NCBI GenBank assembly: GCA_013239625.1 | Contig: MU053557.1 | Span: forward strand, 627,063-691,062 | DNA: 64,000 bases | Direction of reading: 5' to 3' | DNA from: Lama guanicoe | Taxonomy: Eukaryota | Part shown: in pieces, positions 13,101 to 25,887 of the stretch | How positions within the stretch are numbered: the first letter of the stretch is position 1 | How the letters are laid out: each line of letters opens with the position of its first letter | Notes under the pieces: model-generated | Seen by the model: only the letters and a program-made list of their open reading frames with translations | The model's database searches: none | What the model was told of the DNA's origin: nothing | Program-made: the position numbers and the translations under genes

Positions 13101-14481
13101 TTCTAAGCTTCCTTACTTCACTCTCCTCCTCACCTACTCTTTTTTCTTTTCTTTTTTTCTTTCTTTCTTCCCCCCCCCCCAATGTTTTCCACTATGGTCA
13201 AAGACTTTTTAAGTTTATTTCAAGGTTTGGTCAAATTTTCTCCCTTGGATGTTTCAAACAGCAATAACTCTCTCCCTCGACCCCTCAAAAATAAGAGTCT
13301 TAAACTTCCCCCACTGAATGTCTTTTCCTCAGATCTTACACTGTCAGTGAACAATTCCACCTCAGAAGCATCTCCCAAAGTTTAGAATATGTGGTCCCTC
13401 CTTAGGCCTCTTTCTCTTCAAAAGGCCAGTTGGGGTCACTGCTTAATACTGAATATTTTTCTTTTGAAGAGTTTCCAAACCCAGTTGGTTTTCTTTGAGA
13501 TACTTTGTATTTATTAGCTGCAAATTTAATTCTAATTAAAACTTCCTAATGTGTTTCTTTTTTTTTTTTTCTCACCTACTCTTAATTCTAGTCTGGAAGG
13601 CTAGGAAGCTTTGCTCCTGCCTTCTCTGTGCCCAGTCCCCCCTCAGATCCTACACTGTGAAATGCAAAAGCATAGTTTAAAAAACTCAAAAGGCTTTGCT
13701 GTGGTCTCCTCCTCCCGGAGGCAATCTCTTAGCGTGGTGGCCCAAGTTAGGGAAGAATCAAGGAGTTCACGGGAAACGCTGGCGAAAACACAGCAGGAGG
13801 TTCAAATATTTTCCCACCACAGAAATATACAAACTGACATCTCAGATACATGAGCGACACTTGAAAAACATTAACCCATCCATTCTCACTGCCGATGCGA
13901 AAGTCTCTTAGTGAGTAGAAGCTAAAAACACCGTGATAGACAGGGGTGCTGGGTGCTTAGAGAGGCTCCCCCACCAGCTGAAGGACTCACCTCTGTGCAG
14001 CGTGCTCTCGTGTGATGGGAGTCAAAATGGAGGTCCCACCTGTCATCGGGTACTAGGTGCTCTCTAAGCCCCAGGCCGTATGAGTTTGCCTCCCCTGTAC
14101 AATACTTTGGGTAAACATCCATCTTAACTCGAGGAAACTTATACAGAGTAAGATGCTAAAGACTGAGCAGGGACTAGGAAGATTTTACTGCCAAGCAGAG
14201 TCTAGGCTCTGCAGGGATGAGGTTGGAGGGAGGGGAAAAGAAGTGGGTCTTCTACAGCAAAAGACAACAAACCTCCTCTGTTGGTGGAAGGAAGCCAAGT
14301 CCGTGTGGCGCCGACTGGTTTCTTCCACCTGGGCTGTGGGCCGGGGCCGCACTGGGCTGGCGGCCGAGGGGCAGCGTCTGTCTCAGGACCAGCACCCGGC
14401 CGCGTCTGCTGCAGACCTGCGGGGTGGGGTTAGCGTTATGGCTCCCAGCCAGGTAAGTGGCCAGGTCAAGGAGGCCGCAAC

Positions 14482-14550
14482 CCTGGGGATTGAACCCGGG
14501 ACCTCGTACATGCTAGCATTCGCTCTACCACTAAGCTATTACCCTCCCCC
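14482..14550 (-). mobile_element. Isolated tRNA-Ala-like SINE head (no tail)
   Basis: Reverse complement GGGGGAGGGTAATAGCTTAGTGGTAGAGCGAATGCTAGCATGTACGAGGTCCCGGGTTCAATCCCCAG; same family head as the other copies; the AT-rich tail is absent. Confidence 0.85.
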
Positions 14551-14921
14551 GGTAATCTTTTATTCTCACATGGCTGAGATTGCGGAGGGCAGAACCTACG
14601 TTTTCCTCACCTCCATGGCCCTGTACCCTGCACAGGGACCAGCCAGCAAACTGGACATGCTCAGCAGTAGCCGCTCCCCAGCGGTTTGCTGAGCGCCTCC
14701 TTTGTGTGAGGTTCTGGGCTTACACTTGAAATGCACGATTCTCTTTCATCCTCACATAGAACCTCTGAGGTCCAGAGAGCACCTCGGGTCACACACCTGG
14801 TAAGGGACAGGGCCAAGATTTGAGTCAGGAATGATTGACTTCCAAAGCCTGGCCCCTAACACCTACAACACTGCAGAAAAAGCCCAAGAAGCATTCTACG
14901 ACTTCCGCGGGCATCAGGAGA

Positions 14922-15693
14922 TGCTATAACCAGCAGAACCCTCTGGGGTCTTCCCTGGACAGACCCCCTCCCCAGCATCCCTGCTTTAGCTCTTGTCTGA
15001 AGTACCTAGATAATAGTATCTGATGCACATTTCCTGAGTTGTTTACAGATGCTAAAACCCCCACCAAATGGAAGGAATTAATTACTTGATGATCATGAGC
15101 ACATAGCCCCCAGACCTACTGGAGCCTGAGGATTGATGATGTTAACACCTGTGACACTGCCCTCTTGTTATTTGTCATCAACCAATCAGAGACTTATGCA
15201 CGAGCTGATCAGGTACCCTGGGGTGCCCCTCCCTCACCTGGCCTTTGAAAACAGGAGAAGGTGGGGGGAGGGATAAATTAGGAATTTGGGATTAACAGAT
15301 GCAAACTACTACATACAGAATCGATAAACAACAAGGTCCCACTGTATAGCACAGGGAGCTATATTCAATAGCTTGTAATAACCTATAATGAAAAAAGAAT
15401 ATGAAAAAGAATATATCTATATATGTATAACCAAATCACTATGCTGTACACCAGAAACTAACACAACGTTGTAAATCAAATTATAAAAAAAAAAAGTAGA
15501 CCCTCAATTTAAAAAAAAAACCAATGCCTCCCTCAAACCCATCAGGGAATTCGGGCTTTTTGAGCATTAGCTGTCCTAAACTCCCTGTATGTACCTTACA
15601 ATAAACGCTGCACTTTCCTTCAACACAACCTCGTGTCAGTAGATTGGCTTTACTGTGCGCAGGTGAGCAGACCCACGTTTTGGTTCAGTAACA
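14922..15693 (+). mobile_element. ERV-type LTR interrupted by an L1 3' fragment
   Basis: CCAAT box, aataaacgctgcactttcc poly(A) signal region and …ggttcagtaaca end; L1 tail inserted at about 15252-15520. The start is approximate. Confidence 0.65.
15252..15520 (+). mobile_element. 5'-truncated L1 3' end
   Basis: gggataaattaggaatttgggattaacagat…actgtatagcacagggagctatattcaata…tgtacaccagaaactaacacaacgttgtaaatcaa followed by an A tail; typical laurasiatherian L1 3'UTR. Confidence 0.85.
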
Positions 15694-15910
15694 ATTAACA
15701 ATGTTCTGGAGATGTCCAGGAGATTGTATCTCAGAGTTGGTGTGGACTGTAGGATTTGTGTTTCCATGGTTGCAGGGCCTGGCTGGATTTCTGAGCACAA
15801 TAAAGCACAGAGGTGAGAGCCTGAGTTTTTTTGTCAGATGATAAATCCTGAGATAGTTTCATTTGTGTTCACCAGCCTCTTTTCCAGAGAGTCCAAAGAG
15901 AGTTCAATGT

Positions 15911-16350
15911 GATAGCCTATAATGAAAAAGAATATGAAAACGAATATATGTACGTATATGTATGACTGAGACATTACACTGTACACCAGAAACTGACACG
16001 CTGTGAACTGACTATACCTCATTTAAAAAAAAAGGTCTGATAAAGAAAAAAAAATGCATACTCACAGATGTAGAGAACAAACTAGTGGTTACTAGTGGGG
16101 AAAGGAAAAGGGGGAGGAGCGATGTGGGGTAGGGATTAGGAGGTACAAATTATGAGGTATAAAATAAGCTACAAGGATATATTATGCAACACAGGGGATA
16201 TAGGCAATATTTTATAACCATAAATGGAGTATAACCTTTAAAAATTGTGAATCACTATATTATACACCAGAAAATTATATACTATTGTACATCAACAATA
16301 CTTCAATTAAACTTTTTTTAAATAATAAATTAAGCTGAATCACAAAAAAG
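15911..16350 (+). mobile_element. Two tandem L1 3'-end fragments
   Basis: Two copies of the tacaccagaaa…tatac(c/t)tca + A-tail terminus, at about 15911-16033 and 16055-16330. Confidence 0.8.
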
Positions 16351-16675
16351 AGAGAGAGCTCCATGTCCAGGAGCAAGAAAAGCCACACATACAGCAGCCC
16401 CAGCTAAACAGAACAGGAGCCCCAAGCTCATTCTGCACTTTCCTGAGGACGGTCCTAGATTCCCTCAGTCCTCCCTGTGAGGCGAGGGGATTGTGATTCT
16501 CACTGGAATTCTCCATCTCCAGACTGGCAACTAGTATGATTTTAAATCACACTTTTCAGGTTTCTGCTCCACAGAGTTTTCATTTTAGAAGTTCTGAGGC
16601 CGAGCCCAGGAGTCTATATTTTTAAAGCTCACGTCGTGATTCTAAGGCTTAGCCTGGTTTGTAAAACACTGGTTT

Positions 16676-16980
16676 TACATAGAAAACCAGCTTACGGTTA
16701 CCAAGGGGGAAAGGGGAGGGTGGAGGGATAAACTGGGAGTTCGGGATTCACAGATACTAAATACTATATACAAAATAAACAAGTTTATACTGTATAGCAC
16801 AGGGAACTATATTCAGTATCTTGTAGTAACTTATGGTGAAACAGAATATGAAAAGTATATATACATATGTTTGTATAACTAAATCACTAGGCTATATACT
16901 AGAAATTAACACATTATAAACTGACTATACTTCAATTAGAAAAACAAAATAAGGGAAGGGAAGGAAAGAAAAAGAAAGAG
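16676..16980 (+). mobile_element. 5'-truncated L1 3' end inserted in a MER5-like element
   Basis: acttacggttaccaaggggg-like start, L1 3'UTR and purine-rich tail; TSD aa(a/g)acactggt. Confidence 0.85.
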
Positions 16981-17559
16981 AAGACACTGGTCTGGGTGGC
17001 CTCCTTGGTTCCCTCCTCCTGACTGGATTACCCATTTCAGGGATCAAATCCCTGTGTATCATCAGATGGGTTGAGAATGCTATGGAATGTTGAAGAGGTA
17101 TTTGATTGGGAATGGAGACTAGGAAAGGTATTTGGAGAATGTGACAATATTAATTTATCTGATGGGTAGTAAGAAAGGCAGTTACATTTCTAGTGGACAT
17201 CCATTGCTTCACCCAGAATTCATTTCCCTTCTTCTGAAAATGATGCCTTGATATTCCTTGAAGAAACCCACTTCATTCCCAACTCTTCATCCATGTGTTT
17301 TGGATGGGGTTGAACTGGCCCTGCTCCTGATTTCAGAAGTAAGCAAGGGTTATGCTGGCTTGGCCAAACAGGGTAGGCACGGAACAGGCTAGGCAGAGAG
17401 ACTCAGTCCAGCACTTTCGATGGCTTAGTTGCAAATCTGGGACACTATAACCTTGGAACTACTGGTAGCCCTCTTCTCTAACTGCAGGGAGGAAGTACAG
17501 TAGAGGCAAATGAGGCTAAAACATGAGCCAGATATAAAGAAACCTCTAAAAACACATAT

Positions 17560-18400
17560 AAAGTTTTAAATGATAATGAATTTTATCAAGATTGAGTATG
17601 TGTCAATGAATGACACCATGGACATATTGGACACATTTAAAAGAAGGGTGGCAGAATGTGAGAAGACATTTATAATGTCAGAGAGAGAGAGAGAAATATT
17701 TAGAATATGCAAGGAACTCCTAAAATTAATAAGAAAAAGATGGCAAATGGTAGTGAGATCCGAATAGGAAATTTACAGAAATGGAGAGCTAGGAGAAATT
17801 CAAATGAAAACAAAATTACATATAACTTCCTATCCATTAAGTTGGCAGAGATCAGCAAGCTGGATATTGCCAAGGGCTGGCAGGAATGAGGGCATGCGGT
17901 GACCCGCATGCATTTCTGGGGTGGGAGTACTGACCACTGCAACTTTTGGCAGAGAAATTTGTCCCAGTTTGGTACATTTAGTCTTACACAAACTCAGTGA
18001 CTCAGAAATACTGTTCTAGTGTGTACATGCCAGTGGATTTCTCTCCCAGGCGCACAAAAGGACTTAGCTGAGGTTTGCTTAGAAATGTTGTCTGCAGCGG
18101 CAGGAAACGGGAGGTACCCATCACTGGGAGAAAGAAGGAGGGAAATGTGATAGTTCTGCACCGTAGACTGTCATGTGGCAGTCAGAAAAGAGACTAGAAT
18201 GGTACATCAAGCAAAGTGAGAAAAGGAGAAAACAGAATAAGATAAATAATCAAGTACTATTAGTCCAAATTAAAAAATACCTGCACACAAAACAACATAC
18301 TCAAATTAAAGTATACATATAAATATGTTAATTAATTGAATAAAATATTCAATATATTTAAATGGATGCCCAAAGTGGATGTTAAATAAAAGAGCAAACA
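17560..18400 (+). mobile_element. Degraded ancient L1 (L1ME-like) fragment
   Basis: Degenerate L1 ORF2-end and 3'UTR motifs (gaatgtgagaagacatt…agaatatgcaaggaactcct…aaattcaaatgaaaaca). Confidence 0.55.
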
Positions 18401-20613
18401 AGAGAATATTGGATAATTTTGACAGGTGAAATGAAGGGAAAACCCACGGACAAACTCAAGCGCTGGAAGAAAGAATAACACAAGGGACCTCCTTCGCATC
18501 AGGTGTCTCAGGGAAGACTCGGAGGTAGTGACTGTGACCTCGGAATGGCATTTGGGTGGCTAGTTCTGGAAGAGCATCTGGACAGAAGAAAAGCTCCAAG
18601 GTAGGAAAGAGTTGGATGTTCAAGGCACTGAAGGAAGCCAAGAAGAACAAGTCCTTTCTCTCAAGAGCTTCTGAGTTGGGCACAGTTTGTGTGACGGTGG
18701 GCAACAGACCCAGAACAGCCAGAGCACAAGCTGGGAGGGGCCGAGAGTTTCTGAGCAGCCGCAGGCAGCAGGCTATTCCCTGAGTAACACTTAATACCGT
18801 GTAATTAGCCTCAGCTGTAAAATCCATTCTCTGAGGTTCGTACAGTCATCGTGAGGAGGAAGAGAAACACTTTCCACGTAACCCTCCTTTCAGTTTTGCA
18901 ATAACCAGAGTGCACTTGGCAGAAAGAGGTCTGCAATTTTAATGGGAGGCCCCATGTGGAATTTATATGGTAAATTCCTGAGGCCCTGCTTTAAATCCTT
19001 CACAAATCAGTGGTGTGAACAGATGGCGGCTGGGTGGGTAAGTGGGTAAGAGAGCAAACCTCGGGATCTGATAAGCCTTGTCTTCTTCCTGGTGCAGCCT
19101 CAGTCTGGTGCCCGCCACTTGACAGACACTCAATCATATCTGTGGGATGGATAGATGAGTATTACACTTCCTTTAAAAACAAAGTTTTGAGTGAGAAGAG
19201 CATGATGCAATATGGCTGGTTACACCTCTGCTGTCTCTCTCTCATGCAGACACACACACACATCCCCCTGCAGAAGCCAAAGCCATAGAGAACAGCAAAG
19301 TAAACAGAGGAAATATACCAAAAATTGACAGTGATTTTATATATATATATAAAATATGGTATGTATATATACTAAGTGGTGGGTCTGTGGGTGAATTTAA
19401 ACTATATTTTCCTTTCTAATTTCTAATTTTCCATATTTTCTAATATATCATATGACATACTTTTTTTTCTAATGTATATTTCTGTGGTTTCTAATTTTTT
19501 GCATTTTCATATAATTCTCTTTAACATAAACTTTTTTAAATTTAAAGAAGTCCTTTACAAAGGGAAGAAAAGAATGCTGTGAAAAAAATGCCCTGATACT
19601 TCCTTTTAGGGGATGAACCAGATTCATATGCTTTTGATGGCTAATATCATATATATACATATATGATATCACATATATATCATACTTATATATATATGAA
19701 CACAATGGTTTTATATATTATATACATATTGCATATATACAAATATAATGGTAATATAATAGAGATATAATGATGATACAGAGAAACAGATACAGATATC
19801 TCCTCATATGCTGAAAAGGCCTGCTGTTAGATCTGCAGAGATAGACCAGGGGCACAGCGAAATTGCCACGCAGAAGTGAACAAGTTGTATGAGTCTGCAC
19901 CTGCATCTGGAGAGAGAAGAGAAAAGAAAGGGGGTGGGGGCAGGGAGGGCCTAAAGCAAGTGGAGCAGGCAAAACCCAAGGAGAAAAATGACCTCCGAGA
20001 AGATTCCCATGATGGGGATTTCAGACATTATTGAGGAAAGCAGTGTTTGGGTGTCCATGTTAACTGCTGGTAACGAAGCATTTCCTGTGGGCCAGCCCAC
20101 GTGCCTGGGGCTCGGGCTCTCATAGTGAGAAAGATAAGACCTCTGTTTCTGTGCCTTTTATGTTCTAGCTAGTGTGCATAAAGCACTTACTATGTGCCAA
20201 GCACTGTTCTCAGTCCTTTACGTATGTTAACTCCTTTAATCTTCACAAAATCTTCTGAGTTCCTTATTTTGCTGATGCAAAACTTTTTTGAAAACGTTGC
20301 GTAACTGGCCTAAGACCCCTTAGCCAGCAACTGCTGCCGTTGGGATTAGCGCCCACGCAGTCTGCCCCTGGGGTCTGTAAACAGAGGCAGCGCAGGTCAG
20401 AGTGAACGGTAGGAAAGGCACGCGCGGAGTGTTTGGGTGACTGACTGGGCAGAATCCACTTCCGACAGCCCGGCACTAGAAAGTCCTTCTCAGGAGGTGA
20501 TATTTAAGTTGAAACCTAAATGGTGAAAAGCAGGCACGCCTATGTTGAGAAGACTTTGCCTTCGTTATTCCCATACACAACGAGCTGGCCATACACAGCG
20601 TCCTTGATAGTAA

Positions 20614-21455
20614 TGTTGCCGAAACTTGGCCTCCGTACCCCGATTCCTGAATTGAGGCTGCAGGACAGAGTTTTAGATGAAGCAGAAAAGGCAGCTTTAC
20701 TCCTTTGCCAGGCAGCAGAGGTCACAGTGGGCCTCTAAGACTGTGAGCCTGTTGAGGAGAGAAGGTAGAGGGTTTTCTGTAAAAGTTCAAGGGTTCAAGG
20801 GATGGTGCTGATTTCCATAGAGATCACATACAGGGTCACACATTGTTCCAAACTTGTTCTTGCTTCTACAGATGCAATGGTCCCCTTGCGCTGGGTATGA
20901 GGTTTTCCTGCAGCGTTGGGAAACTCCTAATATTCTTGCGCCTAGAACAAAGGTCATTTAGGAAGGGGGCCTGTGGTAAAGTGCTCTAGTGAGAAACTTG
21001 CGCAGTTTCAAGTGAGGCTGGTATATGCTTCTACCATTTCTGGCAGGCTGAGTCCTGGGACATCTTGCTACAGTATTTGCACAGGCTGGGATGTGCACCT
21101 TCACCTCCAACAACAGGATACAAAGATGATCCCTGCACACAGCACCAAGAGGGGGTTGATCAGGCCACCTAATAACGCCCCTCCTCTCCAGCCTGACCCT
21201 GGTCAGCAGAAGCGCGACAAAGACTCTTTAAACTATCACACAGCTAAGCAGTTACAAACACCACTACAAACACTGGGTGGTCACTGATGACAATATTCCC
21301 CAGTGTTAATCCAGTCCTTCCATTTGGTGGTGGTTTTTAGCATCTAAAAAACACATGAGATACTATTACCTGGGTACTTCAGGGAGGAGCTACAGCAGAG
21401 GATATGGGGGAGAGGTCTGTCCTGGGAAGGCCCCATAGGGTCCTGCTCACTTATA
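20614..21455 (-). mobile_element. Solo ERV-type LTR, family B, copy 1
   Basis: Begins tgttgcc and ends gtcctgctcacttata; 4-bp TSD gtaa; homologous to 23978-24731. Orientation is inferred. Confidence 0.75.
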
Positions 21456-22399
21456 GTAATGGGGCTTTGAGTTTGTGGCAAAAGGGTCCTCCATAAAAAG
21501 GGTGACCAAATTTGCTAGGGGATGGAGAGGACACTGACCAGGGCTAGACACGAGACATGCTCATTTTCCTCAAAAGCATCCCAGAGGAGAGGAGCTCCCA
21601 AACCAGGAGACCAGGGCTGGTATCTACAAGGACAAAATAGACCAGGGCAAACCAGGCAGGGGACTCTGGAGTTACATGGTAGATGGAGGCAGGAGCTGAG
21701 AGAAAAAGGGAAGTTCCAATTCCTTCCTCCTCATCCTCCTCCAAGTAGCTTTTGCATACTATTCTCAGGTCAGTTTCCTAAGAGGCATTATTACACATTG
21801 GCACAGTATAAAGCGGCACAGAATTAACCAGTTTTTGCCATGTTCCAAATCCATGCTCCCACTATACAGTGCACTTTTGGAAAGCAAGAAAATGGGCCTA
21901 TTTTTAACAGAGAAGCATGAGTAGTAACATTGCCTGTTCATGAATGGTTGTTGCTCAGTGGAAAATTATTCTAGCAAATTTTGTTATTCAAAAGTAATCA
22001 GAACTAAATAGCTGGGGAGGTGAAGCTTTGGCTGTTCAAAAGAGACCCACGCCAAACTACTGCCTTGGACTTTCCGCCTGCGAAAAAAGTCTTTTGGTGG
22101 AATCGATGCGTCTGCAGATGCATCTCCCTTGCCACCATCCACCCTGCTTCTGAATGAGAACTTAAGCTTGGTGAGCAACACTTGGTGAAATCTTCTACTG
22201 GCCTCTGCTGCTAGGGAGAAGATGTTCGTAGAGACCTCTGTGCTACAGAGCCCCCAGCCTCCATGATGCCTCTCCCCTTCCCCTTCCTTATTCCCTGCCT
22301 TCGAACATTCACAGCTCCATGGTGGCCTGCATGAGATTATACCAGTGCAGCTATATGCTTTCAATTAAAATATTTTCTTTACCCTTTGCAATGATTCAT

Positions 22400-22900
22400 T
22401 CATATTTGCTATCTCTTGCTGCATGACAAATCACCGTAAAACAGAGTGACTCAAAACAACGAGTGTTCATTATCTCAGAGTTCTTTGCACTTTGTGCCAG
22501 GACTTTGGGGGTGGCTCGGCTGAGTGGTTCTGGCTCAGGGTCTTTCATGACGTTGCAGTTGAGATGTTGGCAGGGCCTGCAGTCATCTAAAGGCTTGACT
22601 GTGGCTGGAGGACTCACATGCCACATGGCTCATGCACATGGCTGTTGGATAAAAGTCCCAGTTCTCCACTGACTGACAGGAGACCTCAGTTCTTCACCAC
22701 ACAGGCCTCTCCATAGGACTGCAGGCTGAGAGGAAGTACAGCAGAAGCTGAAATGCCTTTTAGGACCTGGCCTCAGAAGTCAGACGGCATCATTTCCACC
22801 ATATCTTAGTGGTTACACAAGCCAGCCCTGTTCAGTGCAGGAAGGGACTACCAAGGGCGTGTTGAATCATGGAGATCACCTTGGAGGCCAACTCCCACAC
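22400..22900. mobile_element. MLT1-type MaLR LTR (older)
   Basis: tatctcttgctgcatgacaaatcacc…ggctcggctgag…ggcttgactgtggctggagga…gacctggcctcagaagtc. Confidence 0.65.
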
Positions 22901-23644
22901 CAGTTGAAGAGTATGTTCTTCACGTCTGACTTGAAGATATGCAAGCACAGAGAAATGCAAACAGACCCGCCTGAAATGAAAATCAGACAGCATACTATGC
23001 ATTTCTATGGAGTAGTATAATTAATTCACTCTTATTTATTTGTGGATGAATTATCCATTTCAAAAAATCATCAAGGTGATTATCAAGACTATCAGGATTA
23101 TGATGATTAATAGTGCTTTTGTTTATAATGCCATTTAGTGTATTCTTAACACGTGTCAGACCTGGGGCTAGGGCTCTACCTACATTTAACTTCACAATAA
23201 TCCTATGAAGTCAGTATTATTAGCCCTGTTTTGCAGATAAAGAAACAGACCTAGAAAGAGTCTCCAGCTGACCACTGATCTTAAACATCATGGAATGTAA
23301 ACACTTCACAGAAGGAACCTGCAGCCTGGAGAGTTTAATAGGCTCTTCTGAAGTCCGCAGGGAATCAGTGCCTGTGTTGGGACCAAAGTTCTGGCCTCCG
23401 GACTCTGGATGAAGCTCTCTTTCAACTACACAGGGCAGCTTTCTTGTGATCTTTTCTCCGAAACAAAAGGTCAGAACTCCCACAAGACATTTAGCCCCGT
23501 CAGCCTGTTAAAATGGGCGGAACCATCAACTCTGTCTCATAGAGAGTTGTAAGGATTACATAAGCAAAGGGATGCAAAGTACCAAGTGCAAGGCTTGACA
23601 TATACAAGGACTGGTCCTACGCGGCTGCTACCATCGTTGTCATT

Positions 23645-23977
23645 TGTCTTAGTCTGTTTGGGCAGCTATTACAAAATACTGTAGACTGGGTGGCTTAGAA
23701 ACAACAGAAATTTATTTCTCACAGTTCTGGGGGTCGGAAGGCCAAAGTCAGGGTGCTAGCATCGTCACATTTGGACCCTCTTCAGGTTGCAGACTTCTTA
23801 CTGTGTCTTCACGTGGTAAAAGGAGCTAGCGAGCTCTTATGAGGTCATTCATCCTTTTCATGAGGGCTACAGTTTCATGCCCTAAGCACCTCCCAAAGGC
23901 CCCATGTCCTAATACCATTGCATTGGGCATTAGGATTTCAGCACATGAATTGCAAGGGGACACATTCAGGCCCCAGT
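23645..23977. mobile_element. MLT1-type MaLR LTR
   Basis: tgtcttagtctgtttgggc…agactgggtggctta…aacaacagaaatttatttctcacagttctgg…ggggacacattcag. Confidence 0.8.
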
Positions 23978-24731
23978 TGTTGCCAAAACACAGCCTCCAC
24001 GCCCTGCTTACCTAATTAAGACTCGAGGACAGAGTTTTGGATGAAGTAGAAAGGGTAGCTTTCTTTCTTTGCCAGGCAAAGGAGGTCACAGTGGGCTAAT
24101 GCCACCAAAGCTGAAGCCTGTCGGGGAGAGAAGATGGGGGGTTTTATAGTAAGCATCCAAGGGGCAGCGCTGGTTTCCATAGAGATAGTAAATTGTTGCA
24201 AGGTTGTTCTTGTTTTTACAGATGCAAAGTTCTCCTTCTTTCTGCTGGGTATGAAGTTTACCTCTGGCCTTGAGACGCTTCTAATATTCTTATGCTTGAA
24301 ACAAAGGATGCATAGGAAGTGGTCCGTGGAAAATAGCTCCATAAGAAAACTTGTGCAGTTTAAAGTCAGGTTGATAAATGCTTCTAGTGTTTTAGGCAGA
24401 CTGGGGCCTGGGACTTCTCACTGCAGACTAAGGTTTGCACCTCAAACAACAGGATACAAAGAAATCACAGGAGGCTAAGAATAACTGCAGATATTTGCAG
24501 TTGGGCTGAGTTATGAACACCAAGATGCACAAACACCCAACTTCCATTTCTGAGATGTTGGGGGCAAGAGGAGGAGGATGGGCAGATCGCCCAAACTCCC
24601 CTCTCCCTCCTCCCAAGCCTAATCCTAGTCAGCAAAAGGACAAGGGGAAAAAAACCTTCAATTTATTATACAGGTAAGCAGCTACAAATACCATATGGTC
24701 ACTGATGACAGTAGGGTCCTGCTTGGTTACA
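23978..24731 (-). mobile_element. Solo ERV-type LTR, family B, copy 2, inserted in the end of an MLT1 LTR
   Basis: tgttgcc…gtcctgcttggttaca; shares long blocks with 20614-21455; TSD is degenerate (cagt/tagc). Confidence 0.75.
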
Positions 24732-25370
24732 TAGCAATGTAATTGATTTATGAGCAGGAAAGCTAAACCAAGCTGCCATGAAGCGCCTTGATGACAGGAA
24801 TCATGCCTTAAACTCAGCCCTGTGCTGACATCACCCCCCCAACCAAATCAATCCATGAGCTGACACAACATATTTTATACTAATCAGCCTCTACTCCACC
24901 TCTGATCTTTTAACCAGTGACGTGTACATGCCCCTGGTTGTATTTAAGATGATTCTAGATGGCACACATTTTAATAGTTATGTACTTCGTAAGTACGAGA
25001 AAAACATGACTAAGATAAAATCACCGATTTGATGGATAATCTTGCTTAGGATGATGCCCAACAAGGTTGATTTAAAGAAGAATATGAAATGAATAACAGT
25101 AATGGCAACACGCAATTACAACAAGAATCATGAAGATGGGAAGCAAATCTGTTCTGGAGAGCACCGATTTAACATACCTTGAAGATTACAGGGGCTTGAC
25201 AGTTCACAATAGCTTTGTTTATTATTATTTATTAGTCTTATTATTTTACCAGCATGTTCCCTTCGGAGATAGCTCAGCCTGTTTTCTTCTTTACACATAT
25301 CACTCCATGCTCTTCTTGCTCTAACTCTGGCTTAGAAAGCTGTTTCTGTTCTCTTTACTTGGGTAACTCC

Positions 25371-25887
25371 TGTAAGAGGGAAGAACAAATCTGACTCCAT
25401 ATTAGATCTGTTCCTTTAGCTCTAACCCTGGGCTCTGTGCCCTGTGCTTAGTCATGCTGGTTCTGCACCTTTTGTAAAAGGATGCTTCCTAGAGCCTGAA
25501 GGATACAGGACAGCCTTTTCTCCAGGCTCTGACCTTGAAGGGTATAACACTTTTCCATACATATAGAGATAAAAATTTGCAACACAGAGACTAACAGTTG
25601 CCTTGTTGGAGGTTTACAGGAATATCATGACCTGACCCACACGGACAGCTGCAAGAACAAAGGAGCCCCACACCAAGTCTGCAACAACAAACCATATTCC
25701 CTCCCCTTTTTAGCATAAAAGGAGCCTGAATTCTGACGTGAGTAGGATGGTTCTCTAGGACATTAGTCCCCCATCTTCTCAGTCTGCTGGCTTTCCAAAT
25801 AAATGCATCATTCCTTGCCCCAGCACCTCATCTCCCAATTTATGGGCCTATCATGCAGCAACCAGAACAAGTTTGGACTCAGTAACA
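25371..25887 (+). mobile_element. Solo ERV1-type LTR, family A, copy 2
   Basis: TG…CA ends, 517 bp, 4-bp TSD ctcc; closely similar to 9487-10003. Confidence 0.88.

Noticed and set aside
14436..14458. U1 snRNA pseudogene
   Set aside because: Similarity is limited to about 11-20 nt at the 5' end; no U1 stem-loops or Sm site follow.
14482..14550. Genuine tRNA-Ala gene (also considered for 4843, 31375 and 46942)
   Set aside because: No complete acceptor stem and an altered anticodon arm here; the other copies have SINE tails and flanking direct repeats.
14153..14692. 179-aa ORF
   Set aside because: No recognisable homology; it reads through an antisense SINE head and is explained by high GC content.
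22105..22124. Near-perfect 20-bp palindrome gatgcgtctgcagatgcatc
   Set aside because: Isolated, too short for a pre-miRNA, and without supporting context.
9487..25887. Two matching LTRs as the ends of one 16-kb provirus
   Set aside because: Each LTR has its own TSD (ataa vs ctcc), and no PBS or gag/pol/env is visible between them.
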